64,000 nucleotides of DNA from Spirochaetia bacterium (GTDB lineage: Bacteria; Spirochaetota; Spirochaetia; CADAEX01), in the NCBI GenBank assembly GCA_017649605.1, contig JAGCGL010000060.1, forward strand, positions 15,459 through 79,458, in the 5' to 3' direction. The position numbers and the translations under genes were made by a program. How positions within the stretch are numbered: the first letter of the stretch is position 1; every line of letters begins with the position of its first letter. Below are positions 27,311 through 36,263 of this stretch, one piece after another. The notes beneath the pieces were generated by a model, which saw only the letters and a program-made list of their open reading frames with translations, did no database searches and was not told the DNA's origin.

Positions 27311-28580
27311 TTTCTTTCCCCTTGAACGGAATTCTCACGCTTATCTTGGTCCCCTGCTGAGGCTTTGAAGTGACTGTGAATGTTCCGCCGTAATACTTTA
27401 CCCGCTCCTGCATACCATAGAATCCGATATGCTCCTTGGTCAGGCTTACCCCTATGCTGCTGTCTGGAAGCCCTACTCCATCGTCTGCTACAGAAAACAT
27501 CACATAAGGATACGAGTAGATGAACTTCATTGTCACCCTGGATGCTTTCGCATACTTCACCACATTGTTCAGGATCTCCTGGATTATCCGGAACATGCTT
27601 ATTCGCATATCCTCCGGCAGAGATATCCTGTTGAAGCCGGTGCTGGAGATTGAAAGCTGCACATTCTTGGCCATAAGAATCTCGGCCGCATAGCTTTTAA
27701 TGACATCCACAAAATCCTCTCCCGATTCGCTGGAAGAGATGAATGGAATAAGATTGAATGATATATCCCTGGCCTCGTCTATTATGGCAGAAATCTCGCT
27801 TGAGATATGCTCCTTGCATCTGTCTGTCATTTCGGAATCTGCATATCCTTTAAGCTCCCTGAGGCGGTGCACCAGGCTATCGTGGATATCCATGGCAATT
27901 CGCTTCCGCTCGTCATCCCGAATATGGATGATTGTCTTTGTCAGTTCCTGCAGTTTCTCCTCCTGCTCCAGCCTGTGCTCTATCCTGGCATTCCTTAAGA
28001 AGGCAAAAGAGGAAATAAACATAAGAATAACAACAATTGCATAGGAGACGAGAAGATTCCGCCGCTGCTGTGTCCTGTTGACCTGCTGGCAGAAATGACG
28101 CAGGAGCCCGAAGAACCGGTCCATCTCCTGGGTATCCCTGGAAACCCACAGGATAAGGGTGGCAAACTCGGTCAGATTCTCTCCAGCCTGCAGAAGTCCG
28201 GTCAGCTTATACTGGATATTCTGCCAGTTGTATACCAGGACCTGCCTTATATCCCTGACCTGAGGATAACGCCGCTCTATCTTCTTGAATGTCTGGTCGT
28301 CGGAAATCTGAGCCATGGAAAAGTCAAAATTCTCGAAGTCACGGATCAGCTGCTCCCTCTCTGTCATGTGATTAGGAGATGGGGATGAGAGATAAGAGAA
28401 GACAGAGGTCCGCATGATAAGCCAGTTCTCATACATGCTGTCGACCTGGGAATTCTTGATTATAAAGCTTTCCTGGCTGTAGAAAGAGGTGGTGATTGTA
28501 TAGGCTACAATGCCAATCAGTAAGATCTCAAAACAAAGAAGCACTGAGATTTTCTTAAGATTCTTTATGTCGATCACCAC
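27303..28580 (-). CDS. sensor histidine kinase (HisKA_3 type)
   Basis: 425 aa. It has an N-terminal TM sensor region, the H-box IAMDIHDSLVHRL and a HATPase C-terminus (DDGVGLP). Confidence 0.8.
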   Translation of the reverse strand: MVIDIKNLKKISVLLCFEILLIGIVAYTITTSFYSQESFIIKNSQVDSMYENWLIMRTSVFSYLSSPSPNHMTEREQLIRDFENFDFSMAQISDDQTFKKIERRYPQVRDIRQVLVYNWQNIQYKLTGLLQAGENLTEFATLILWVSRDTQEMDRFFGLLRHFCQQVNRTQQRRNLLVSYAIVVILMFISSFAFLRNARIEHRLEQEEKLQELTKTIIHIRDDERKRIAMDIHDSLVHRLRELKGYADSEMTDRCKEHISSEISAIIDEARDISFNLIPFISSSESGEDFVDVIKSYAAEILMAKNVQLSISSTGFNRISLPEDMRISMFRIIQEILNNVVKYAKASRVTMKFIYSYPYVMFSVADDGVGLPDSSIGVSLTKEHIGFYGMQERVKYYGGTFTVTSKPQQGTKISVRIPFKGKENG

Positions 28581-28595
28581 TCTGAACTCCCCTTG

Positions 28596-28640
28596 AAAAT
28601 AAAAAACCTTGTACTACAGTATACACCATAATACAAGGTT
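28596..28640 (-). terminator. rho-independent terminator ending the TRAP/M20 operon
   Basis: On the minus strand, AACCTTGTA...TACAAGGTT forms a 9-bp stem followed by TTTTTTATTTT. Confidence 0.7.
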
Positions 28641-28662
28641 ATGTCTTGAAAGGAAAATATTT

Positions 28663-30021
28663 TTATTTACACCAGCGGTAGATAGTGACAGCCAGAACCT
28701 TAATTCCCTTGATATAGTCGTCAAGGTTTATGCATTCATCGGTGCTGTGGGCCATCTTGATATCGCCCGGGCCATATACGATGGCTGGGATACCGCCTTG
28801 GTTGCCGAAATGCCGGGCATCGCAGCCGCCGCCCAGCTGGGTTATGACAGGCTCCTTGCCAAGCACATCGCGGATAGCATCCTCGGTGAATCTCTTGATC
28901 TCCTGCTTGTCGGCCGGGAGCATATATGCATCATCGTAGTGCTGGAACTTGATGACAGGCGGATTTGCCCTGAGCCATGCATCATCCACGTTAAGGGCTG
29001 CATCCTTGAGCATCTTCTTGACCTTAACTATTCCATCCTTTCCTGTACCAAGGTCTGGGGAGAAATAAGCCACACCATTGATCACACACTCTGCGGCTGT
29101 TGCAGTAGCGTATGTGCCGCCCTTGATTGTGCCGATGCACAGAGACATCATTGTCTTATCCTTATTAAGCCCTTTCTCCAGGCTTATAAGGCTGTCTACA
29201 ACCAGAGCCGCCTTCTCTATTGCGCTTATACCGAAAGGCTTGTTGTTCTGCCACCGGGATCCGGCATGGGTCTCGTGTCCTTTTATCCGTACTTCCCAGT
29301 AGACTCCGCCGCCGTTTCCATTCAGGATCACGTTTCCACCAGGGCCTGAAGGCTCAGCCACAATAGCTGCATCTGCCTTATATCCTGCTGCAATATTGCC
29401 TAGTGCACCGCCACCTGCATGCTCCTCGTTCACAACTGTCTGGAACATAAGGTCGCCGGCAAGGGGAGCCTTGATTGCTGTAAGTGCCTCCACAGCTCCG
29501 ACCATTGCTGCAACACCGCCCTTCATATCCACAGCGCCACGGCCATAGAGGTAGCCATCCTTGATATCGGAACCGAAAGGATCATGGGTCCACTTGCTTC
29601 TGTCTCCGACTGGAACAGTATCGATATGACCGTTGATTATAAGGGATTTTCCCCCTCCCTTCCCTTTCAGCTTTCCAATCAGGTTAGGCCTGTCCTTGTA
29701 GGACTTAAGCCTGTCATAAGGGGATGCCATAAGCTGCTCGTAGGTGAACTTGTCCTCTGTCATCAGCGGCATATCAAGCCCTTCCTCGCCTATGGAAGGA
29801 ACCTGTGCCACCTCGGGGAACATCTCGAACATCTTCTTGACATCCGGCTCAACCAGCTCGGTCTCAAAGCCGTAGCCTTTAATCCTGTCCCGGACAAACT
29901 CCTGGGCCTTCTTCTCATAGCCTGTAATGCTGTTGATCTTTACCAGGTCTCCAAGGAACTTGATAAACTCTTCCTTGTGATCATCAACATACTGCAAAAG
30001 CTGCTGTTCAATCTTATCCAT
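28663..30021 (-). CDS. M20 family metallopeptidase (ArgE/DapE/ACY1 type), paralog 1 of 3
   Basis: Motifs LIINGHIDTVP and GRGAVDMKGG are present. The start is set at MDKIEQQ (ATG 30021, GGAG upstream), 1 nt after the paralog-2 stop. Confidence 0.85.
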   Translation of the reverse strand: MDKIEQQLLQYVDDHKEEFIKFLGDLVKINSITGYEKKAQEFVRDRIKGYGFETELVEPDVKKMFEMFPEVAQVPSIGEEGLDMPLMTEDKFTYEQLMASPYDRLKSYKDRPNLIGKLKGKGGGKSLIINGHIDTVPVGDRSKWTHDPFGSDIKDGYLYGRGAVDMKGGVAAMVGAVEALTAIKAPLAGDLMFQTVVNEEHAGGGALGNIAAGYKADAAIVAEPSGPGGNVILNGNGGGVYWEVRIKGHETHAGSRWQNNKPFGISAIEKAALVVDSLISLEKGLNKDKTMMSLCIGTIKGGTYATATAAECVINGVAYFSPDLGTGKDGIVKVKKMLKDAALNVDDAWLRANPPVIKFQHYDDAYMLPADKQEIKRFTEDAIRDVLGKEPVITQLGGGCDARHFGNQGGIPAIVYGPGDIKMAHSTDECINLDDYIKGIKVLAVTIYRWCK

Positions 30022-30022
30022 G

Positions 30023-31384
30023 TCAAACTCCATTACACCAGCGGTAGATAGCTACCGCAAGAACTTTTATAGCCTTGATATAATCATCAAGCTCGATAAA
30101 CTCATCTGTACTGTGGGCCAATGCCGCACTGCCGGGGCCATATACTATGGCTGGAATACCCCCCTGGTTCCCAAGGTGACGGGCATCGCACCCGCCCCCG
30201 GCAACCTTTACTTTATGATCCAGCCCCAGCACATCCTTTATGCTTCCTGCAACATTCTTAAAGATCGCATCCCTGCTGTAATCCAGCTTGTAGGCGTCGT
30301 CGTAATGCTGGAACTTAAGCTCCGGCGGATTTGCCTTGAGCCATGGGTCGTCCACACCGAACACCGCATCCCGAATAAGCTTTTTAACCTTGTTTATTCC
30401 GGCAGGGCCTGTCCCCAGCTGAGGATAGAAGTATGCCACACCGTTGATCACGCACTCTGGCGCTGTGGCTGTGGCGTATGTTCCGCCATGCAGCTTGCCC
30501 ACGCAGAAGGACATGCGGGTTCCCTCCTTGTTCACCTCGCTCTCCATCTTAAGCAGGTTTGCGATTATGAAGGCGCTCTTCTCGTTGGCACTTACACCGA
30601 ACTGCTCGCCTCCCTTCCAGCGGTATCCGGCATGAGCCTCCCGCCCTTTTATGACAACCTGCCAGTAGACACCGCCGTTGGAGCCATCCTCGATTGTCCC
30701 GCTGTTTCCAGAAGGCTCAGTGACAATAGCGGCATCGGCAGTAAGCCCTGCGGCAACAGCACCCAGAGTACCGCCGCCGGCGTGTTCCTCGTTCACCACA
30801 GACTGCATCATAAGGTCGCCCTTGAGCTTTATTCCAAGCTTCTGCAGGGCCTCCACCGCAAAGAGCATGGTGGCAATACCCCCTTTCATATCCACAGAGC
30901 CACGGCCGTACATCTTGCCATCTTCGATCTCTGCACCGAACGGATCGTGTTTCCACTTGCTTGCATCGCCTATAGGAACAGTATCGATATGGCCGTTCAG
31001 GATAAGTGACCTTCCTCCGCCTGTTCCTTTGATACGGCCTATAACATCAGGCCTGTCCTTGTAGGATTTAAGCCTGTCGAATGGGGATGCCATAATCTGC
31101 TCGTAGGTGAACTTGTCGTCGGTCATCAGAGGCATATCAAGCCCCTCTTCTCCGATTGAAGGCAGCTGGGCAACCTCTGGGAACTTCTCGAACATCTGCT
31201 TCAGATCAGGCTCAAGAAACTCTGTCTCGGCCCCAATCTCATCCATTTTTTTTCTGACAAATTCCTGGGCTTCTTTCTCGTAGCCGGTTATGCTGTTGAT
31301 CTTTACCAGATCGCCGAGGAACTTGATCATCTCTTCCTTGTGGTCATCAACATACTGCAGAAGCTGCTGTTCAATCTTATCCAT
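30023..31384 (-). CDS. M20 family metallopeptidase, paralog 2 of 3
   Basis: It has the same motifs and length as paralog 1. The start is set at MDKIEQQ (ATG 31384), 1 nt after the paralog-3 stop. Confidence 0.85.
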   Translation of the reverse strand: MDKIEQQLLQYVDDHKEEMIKFLGDLVKINSITGYEKEAQEFVRKKMDEIGAETEFLEPDLKQMFEKFPEVAQLPSIGEEGLDMPLMTDDKFTYEQIMASPFDRLKSYKDRPDVIGRIKGTGGGRSLILNGHIDTVPIGDASKWKHDPFGAEIEDGKMYGRGSVDMKGGIATMLFAVEALQKLGIKLKGDLMMQSVVNEEHAGGGTLGAVAAGLTADAAIVTEPSGNSGTIEDGSNGGVYWQVVIKGREAHAGYRWKGGEQFGVSANEKSAFIIANLLKMESEVNKEGTRMSFCVGKLHGGTYATATAPECVINGVAYFYPQLGTGPAGINKVKKLIRDAVFGVDDPWLKANPPELKFQHYDDAYKLDYSRDAIFKNVAGSIKDVLGLDHKVKVAGGGCDARHLGNQGGIPAIVYGPGSAALAHSTDEFIELDDYIKAIKVLAVAIYRWCNGV

Positions 31385-31385
31385 G

Positions 31386-32750
31386 TCAGACTCCATTGCA
31401 CCAGCGGTATACAGCTACCGCAAGAACTTTTATTCCTTTGATATAATCATCAAGATCGATAAACTCATCTGTGCTGTGGGCTACAGCTGCATTGCCCGGA
31501 CCGTAGTAGATTGCGGGGATTCCTCCCTGGTTTCCAAGATGACGGGCATCTCCGCCGCCCCCTGCGATCGCCACACTCGGGTTCTGATTGCCCAGGACAT
31601 CTGCAATGCTGCCTGCAACTGTCTTCAATACAGCATCCTTGCTGCTGTCAAGCTCATAGGCATCATCATAGTGCTGGAACTTTACTGTGGGTGGATTTGC
31701 CTTGAGCCATGGGTCGTCCACGCTTAAGACTGCATCCCGTATAAGCTTTTTCACCTTGTTTATTCCGGCAGGGCCTGTCCCCAGCTTGGGGTAGAAGTAT
31801 GCCACGCCGTTCATTACGCACTCAGGGGCAGAGGCTGTGGCGTATGTTCCGCCATGCAGCTTGCCGATGCAGAAGGACATGAGAGTCTCTTCCCTGTTCA
31901 CCTCTCTCTCCATATTGAGGAGATTTGAGATTATGCAGGCGCATTTCTCGTTGGCGCTTACACCATATTGCTCCCTGCCTCTCCAGCGGGCGCCGGCATG
32001 AGCCTCGAAACCTTTTATCCGCACTTCCCAGTAGACTCCGCCACAAGATCCCTTCTGTATAGTCTCGCTGTTTCCGGAAGGCTCCACCACGATTGCGGCA
32101 TCGGCAGTAAGCCCTGCGGCAACAGCACCAAGTGCACCACCGCCGGCATGCTCCTCGTTCACCACAGACTGCATCATAAGGTCGCCCTTGAGCTTTATTC
32201 CAAGCTTCTGCAGGGCCTCCACCGCAAAGATCATGGTAGCAATTCCGCCCTTCATATCAACAGTTCCACGGCCGTACATCTTTCCGTCCTCGATCTCGCC
32301 GCCGAACGGGTCGTGTTTCCACTTGCTCTCATCTCCAACTGGAACGGTGTCGATATGGCCATTCAGGATAAGCGATCTTCCACCACCTGTTCCTTTTATG
32401 CGGCCTATAACATCAGGCCTGTCCTTGTAGGATTTAAGCCTGTCGTATGGGGATGCCATGATCTGCTCGTAAGTGAACTTGTCGTCGGTCATCAGAGGCA
32501 TATCCAAGCCTTCTTCTCCAATTGAAGGAACCTGAGCCACCTCCGGGAACTTCTCGAACATCTTCTTTAAATCGGGCTCAAGAAACTCTGCCTCTGCTCC
32601 GATTTCCGATATCTTCTTTCTAACAAACTCCTGAGCTTTCTTCTCGTAGCCTGTTATACTGGGTATTCTGATTAAATCCTGCAGGAAAGCGATATAGCTC
32701 TCCTTGTGTTCTTCAATATATTGAACAATCTGACTTTCTATTTTGTCCAT
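31386..32750 (-). CDS. M20 family metallopeptidase, paralog 3 of 3
   Basis: It has the same motifs as the other two. The start is set at MDKIESQ (ATG 32750); the longer track ORF to 32936 runs through the upstream hairpin and the TRAP gene end. Confidence 0.85.
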   Translation of the reverse strand: MDKIESQIVQYIEEHKESYIAFLQDLIRIPSITGYEKKAQEFVRKKISEIGAEAEFLEPDLKKMFEKFPEVAQVPSIGEEGLDMPLMTDDKFTYEQIMASPYDRLKSYKDRPDVIGRIKGTGGGRSLILNGHIDTVPVGDESKWKHDPFGGEIEDGKMYGRGTVDMKGGIATMIFAVEALQKLGIKLKGDLMMQSVVNEEHAGGGALGAVAAGLTADAAIVVEPSGNSETIQKGSCGGVYWEVRIKGFEAHAGARWRGREQYGVSANEKCACIISNLLNMEREVNREETLMSFCIGKLHGGTYATASAPECVMNGVAYFYPKLGTGPAGINKVKKLIRDAVLSVDDPWLKANPPTVKFQHYDDAYELDSSKDAVLKTVAGSIADVLGNQNPSVAIAGGGGDARHLGNQGGIPAIYYGPGNAAVAHSTDEFIDLDDYIKGIKVLAVAVYRWCNGV

Positions 32751-32763
32751 ATTATTCCTGAAT

Positions 32764-32796
32764 AAAAAAACTGCCCTATGCAAGAGCACAGGGCAG
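32764..32796 (-). terminator. intra-operon hairpin plus T-tract (attenuator or partial terminator) between the TRAP permease and the M20 genes
   Basis: On the minus strand, CTGCCCT-GTGCTCTTGCAT-AGGGCAG is followed by TTTTTTT. Confidence 0.6.
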
Positions 32797-32806
32797 GAAA
32801 GTTGAA

Positions 32807-34777
32807 TTATGCGGCAACTGCCTTGGCTTTTTTCTCCTTGAGATATCTGGACCAGTGCATGAAAGCACCCAGAGCAAAGAGAACTGCCATAGAGGCAAGT
32901 GCGTACTGCTTGAATATGAAGAAGCTCAGTGTGCACAGAGTGAACAGAACCATCTCCACAACAGTCATTTTTGTCATCCAGAATCTCTGTGGAACGATGA
33001 TCAGTGGGAACATAAAGAGCATAAACTCAACTACGCACTTTAATACCACCAGGAGCGGAGCGTTGAACAGAAGTCCCGGCCATACTACGAACATGAATGG
33101 CAGAACATAGATGAACGGTGCCATTGTCATAGCGGTAAGACCAACTTTCATCGGCCTTGCTCCGGCAATACCGGCTCCAACGTATGCCGACAGACATACA
33201 GGAGGGGTGATTGCGGAAAGAATAGCCACATAGAATACAAACAGGTGTGCTGCAAGCATAGGAGCGCCAAGCTGTACCAGAGCCGGTACACCGAGGGCTG
33301 CCAGAACTATGTATGCTGCCAGTGTAGGAAGTCCCATTCCAAGGATTACGCACATAAGTGCTGTGAACGCCAATCCGATATAGAGGTTTCCGTTGGCAAC
33401 AGCCAGAATTCCATATGCAAGTCTCTCGCCGAAACCTGTCATTGACATAACTCCGACAATAAGTCCACATCCAACGCAGGAGGTGGTTACCGGAATCATG
33501 ATCTTAGATCCAAGAGCCAAGCCCTTCAGAATCTTTCTTATTCCGACTCTCTTTGCCTTGAACGGCAGATAGCTGACTATCAGGGCTACGATAGAGTACA
33601 TTACCGCAAACTGGGTACTGAACTGAAGTGCCAGCAGTATAACCAGTACAGTGATAGGAATAAGCAGAGGAACAACCTTCTTAAGGGATTCCTTGAAATC
33701 TGGAAGCTGGTCCTTTGGAAGTCCAGTCATTCCCTGTTTTCTTGAGCGCACATCAACTACAAAGAACATACAGGTGAAATACAGAAGCGATGGGAGGAAT
33801 GCTGCTATGCAGACTGCCCAGTAGGTATTTCCTGTATACTCTGCAATTACGAATGCGGCGGCACCCATAATAGGCGGCATAAACTGTCCTGCAGTCGAGG
33901 ATACAGCCTCAATTGCAGCAGCCACATGGCGCTTGAAGCCCATGGAAATCATAAGCGGAATTGTTACAGAACCTGTGGTCGCAACGTTACCGCTGGCACT
34001 TCCGGAGAGCATGCCCATGAAGCCGCTGGATACTACAGCAACCTTTGCAGGTCCACCGGTAAGGTGGCCTGCAATGGCTTTAGAGAAATCCATAAATAGG
34101 TTTGTGGCGTCAGAAATTTTCAGGAAAGCGGCGAACAGCATGAAGAATACAATCTGGGTACAGCCTGTTGACATGAGGTCGCCCATCATTCCCTCGGTTC
34201 CAATTACAATCTGAGTAACCAGATCTTTAGGAGTAAATCCGACATGAGCAAAGAACCTTGGCATATACCGGCCGAAGAACGAATAGAGAAGGAAACAGAG
34301 TGCTATTATTGCCATAGCGCTTCCGATAGACCTTCTTATCGCCTCCAGTGTAAGCACAATAAAGCTCATTGCCAGAAAAACTTCATATGGCTGTACCTCT
34401 GGGAATATGTAAAGAGCTATCCATCGCTTGTTTGCCCAGACCGCAATGCATACTACTATTGTTATCAACAGCAGGTTCAGGATCGTCTCCACTTTGTTGT
34501 TCTTGAACAGCCTGGATGGATATACAATGAATATGATTGTATACATCAGCAGGACGTGAAGTGGTCTCTGCCAGTGCGGCGGAAGAGCAAACGCGAAAAT
34601 CTCGAATACAGGAATACCTGTTGCCAAGACTCCGAAGACAAAGAGGAACTTCTTGATCCAATCATGCTTGAAAAAAGCTGTAACTCCCTTGAAGTCGTCG
34701 TCGTCATAGATGTTTATACCCATCTCTTTTTCGAGTTCTTCAAGCTCTTCTTTGTTGAAAGTTTTTACTTCAGCCAT
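32807..34777 (-). CDS. TRAP transporter fused permease subunit (TAXI-associated type)
   Basis: 656 aa, highly polytopic, and adjacent to the TAXI binding-protein gene. Confidence 0.85.
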   Translation of the reverse strand: MAEVKTFNKEELEELEKEMGINIYDDDDFKGVTAFFKHDWIKKFLFVFGVLATGIPVFEIFAFALPPHWQRPLHVLLMYTIIFIVYPSRLFKNNKVETILNLLLITIVVCIAVWANKRWIALYIFPEVQPYEVFLAMSFIVLTLEAIRRSIGSAMAIIALCFLLYSFFGRYMPRFFAHVGFTPKDLVTQIVIGTEGMMGDLMSTGCTQIVFFMLFAAFLKISDATNLFMDFSKAIAGHLTGGPAKVAVVSSGFMGMLSGSASGNVATTGSVTIPLMISMGFKRHVAAAIEAVSSTAGQFMPPIMGAAAFVIAEYTGNTYWAVCIAAFLPSLLYFTCMFFVVDVRSRKQGMTGLPKDQLPDFKESLKKVVPLLIPITVLVILLALQFSTQFAVMYSIVALIVSYLPFKAKRVGIRKILKGLALGSKIMIPVTTSCVGCGLIVGVMSMTGFGERLAYGILAVANGNLYIGLAFTALMCVILGMGLPTLAAYIVLAALGVPALVQLGAPMLAAHLFVFYVAILSAITPPVCLSAYVGAGIAGARPMKVGLTAMTMAPFIYVLPFMFVVWPGLLFNAPLLVVLKCVVEFMLFMFPLIIVPQRFWMTKMTVVEMVLFTLCTLSFFIFKQYALASMAVLFALGAFMHWSRYLKEKKAKAVAA

Positions 34778-34788
34778 AAACTATCCTT

Positions 34789-35763
34789 TTATTTGATGAT
34801 TCCTTTCTCCTTGAAGTACTTTTCGGAACCTGGGTGCAGTGGGAATGGAAGGTCTCCCTTAGGATTGTTTCTGTTGATGTAAGGAACGTTGCTTGGAAGA
34901 GCATCTTCCAGGAATTTCCAGTTTTCCCACCATACTTTTGTGAACTCGTAAGCCTGGTCAGCTGGGAGTGTGTCGAGACATGCGATGAAGTATGGAGAAA
35001 TGAACTGCTGCTCATCTGGAACACCGAACTCGGAACCGAACTGCTCAGATGTATAGAATGGATACTTCTCGATGAACTTCTTTACATTAGCATCATCTGT
35101 AGGAAGGAATCTAACCTTTCTTGCAGTTGTGATCTCTTTCAGTTTTGCATGGCCGTGACCGAATGCATAGATAAGACAGTCAGCCTGTCCGTCGATGAAC
35201 ATTCTGGTTGCATCGTTCTTCATGATTCTGTAAACTCTGGAGTTCTTGTCTGTAACGCCAACCCAGCTTAAGAGGTCCATGAATGCGATTCCAGAAGGCT
35301 CGCCTTCTACGTATGTTGCAATACTCTTGCCCTTAAGGTCAGCAAGTGTGTTGATGTTGGTGTCTGCACCTACGATTACGTTGAATACTCCAGGCCAGAT
35401 TGTGAACAGGTTGTTTACAGCAACTGGAGCTGTCCAAGGATCTTTTCCCTTGAATGCTGCATAAGCTGCCTCTGCGTCTGCAAGACCCAGCTGAGCCTTT
35501 CCGTCCATCATAGCCTTGATACTCTCGTTGGTAAGTCCAGGTGATGCACTGTTCATAGCAACATATTTTGTGTTGTCAGAGATCAGTTTTGCGAATGCTG
35601 CACCGCATGCATACCATGATCCACCGATTGATGATGACTTGATAACGATGAACTGCTTTCCACCGTCAGCTGCATCACCCTCTCCTTTCTCTTTGCTTCC
35701 ACCGGCAAATACCATGCCAGCTGCAAGAAGAAGAACTAAAGTAAACAGTAATACTTTTTTCAT
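34789..35763 (-). CDS. TAXI family TRAP transporter solute-binding subunit
   Basis: 324 aa with a signal peptide (MKKVLLFTLVLLLAAGMVFAGG) and the SSSIGGSWYACG motif typical of the TAXI/Imp family. Confidence 0.8.
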   Translation of the reverse strand: MKKVLLFTLVLLLAAGMVFAGGSKEKGEGDAADGGKQFIVIKSSSIGGSWYACGAAFAKLISDNTKYVAMNSASPGLTNESIKAMMDGKAQLGLADAEAAYAAFKGKDPWTAPVAVNNLFTIWPGVFNVIVGADTNINTLADLKGKSIATYVEGEPSGIAFMDLLSWVGVTDKNSRVYRIMKNDATRMFIDGQADCLIYAFGHGHAKLKEITTARKVRFLPTDDANVKKFIEKYPFYTSEQFGSEFGVPDEQQFISPYFIACLDTLPADQAYEFTKVWWENWKFLEDALPSNVPYINRNNPKGDLPFPLHPGSEKYFKEKGIIK

Positions 35764-35827
35764 TTTTCTCTCCTTTTTGTATTTATATACATTATATATG
35801 ATAAAACCCCGAATTTCTACCGTAAAT

Positions 35828-35868
35828 GGGAAAATTTCCCAAATTCCCGAAGGTGGAAAACATTTTCC
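35828..35868. promoter_or_regulatory. two GGAAAA-N-TTTTCC type palindromes upstream of the TAXI-TRAP/M20 operon
   Basis: GGGAAAATTTCCC lies at 35828-35840 and GGAAAACATTTTCC at 35855-35868, 65-105 nt upstream of the TAXI start codon. Confidence 0.45.
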
Positions 35869-35919
35869 CGAAAGGTTTACAGACTCTCTGTTAGCATATA
35901 TAGTAAAGTAGAGGATAAT

Positions 35920-36135
35920 ATGAACAACAAGGTAAGCAAATTAGGCGTCCTTTTCGTTGTAGTGGGCTTTTTCATGCTGTGTGCCAGCTACATCATCGAC
36001 AACTTCACCTACTCCGAATCGGGGTACATCCTGGCCCTGGGCTGGTACTCCATAATCTCCGGCATGCTGGTGCTGGCTGTCACCGGAACCATCTATATCC
36101 TCAAGATGCTGGTCAAGCGTTTTACCCGGAAATAA
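35920..36135 (+). CDS. small membrane protein (2 TM helices)
   Basis: 71 aa with two hydrophobic helices. An SD-like GAGGA lies upstream. Confidence 0.5.
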   Translation: MNNKVSKLGVLFVVVGFFMLCASYIIDNFTYSESGYILALGWYSIISGMLVLAVTGTIYILKMLVKRFTRK

Positions 36136-36143
36136 GAACCACA

Positions 36144-36172
36144 TTGACAACAAAGCCTGCTTCCCCTAAAAT
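36144..36172 (+). promoter_or_regulatory. sigma70-type promoter of tRNA-Gly
   Basis: TTGACA at 36144-36149, a 17-nt spacer and TAAAAT at 36167-36172. The tRNA starts 12 nt downstream. Confidence 0.7.
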
Positions 36173-36183
36173 ATTAGGCAACT

Positions 36184-36254
36184 GCGGGCGTCGTATAGTG
36201 GTAATACCTAAGCTTCCCAAGCTTATGTCGGGGGTCCGATTCCCCTCGCCCGCT
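36184..36254 (+). tRNA. tRNA-Gly (anticodon CCC), no encoded CCA
   Basis: Hand-folded cloverleaf. The acceptor is GCGGGCG/CGCCCGC with discriminator T. The D arm is GTAT-AGTGGTA-ATAC. The anticodon arm is TAAGC-TTCCCAA-GCTTA. The T arm is GGGGG-TCCGATT-CCCCT. Confidence 0.85.
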
Positions 36255-36263
36255 TAATTTATT

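Noticed and set aside
28663-32750. The three M20 genes read as an assembly artefact or collapsed repeat.
   Set aside because: The three copies differ at many amino-acid positions throughout. Each has an intact frame and regular 1-nt junctions, which is consistent with genuine diverged paralogs.
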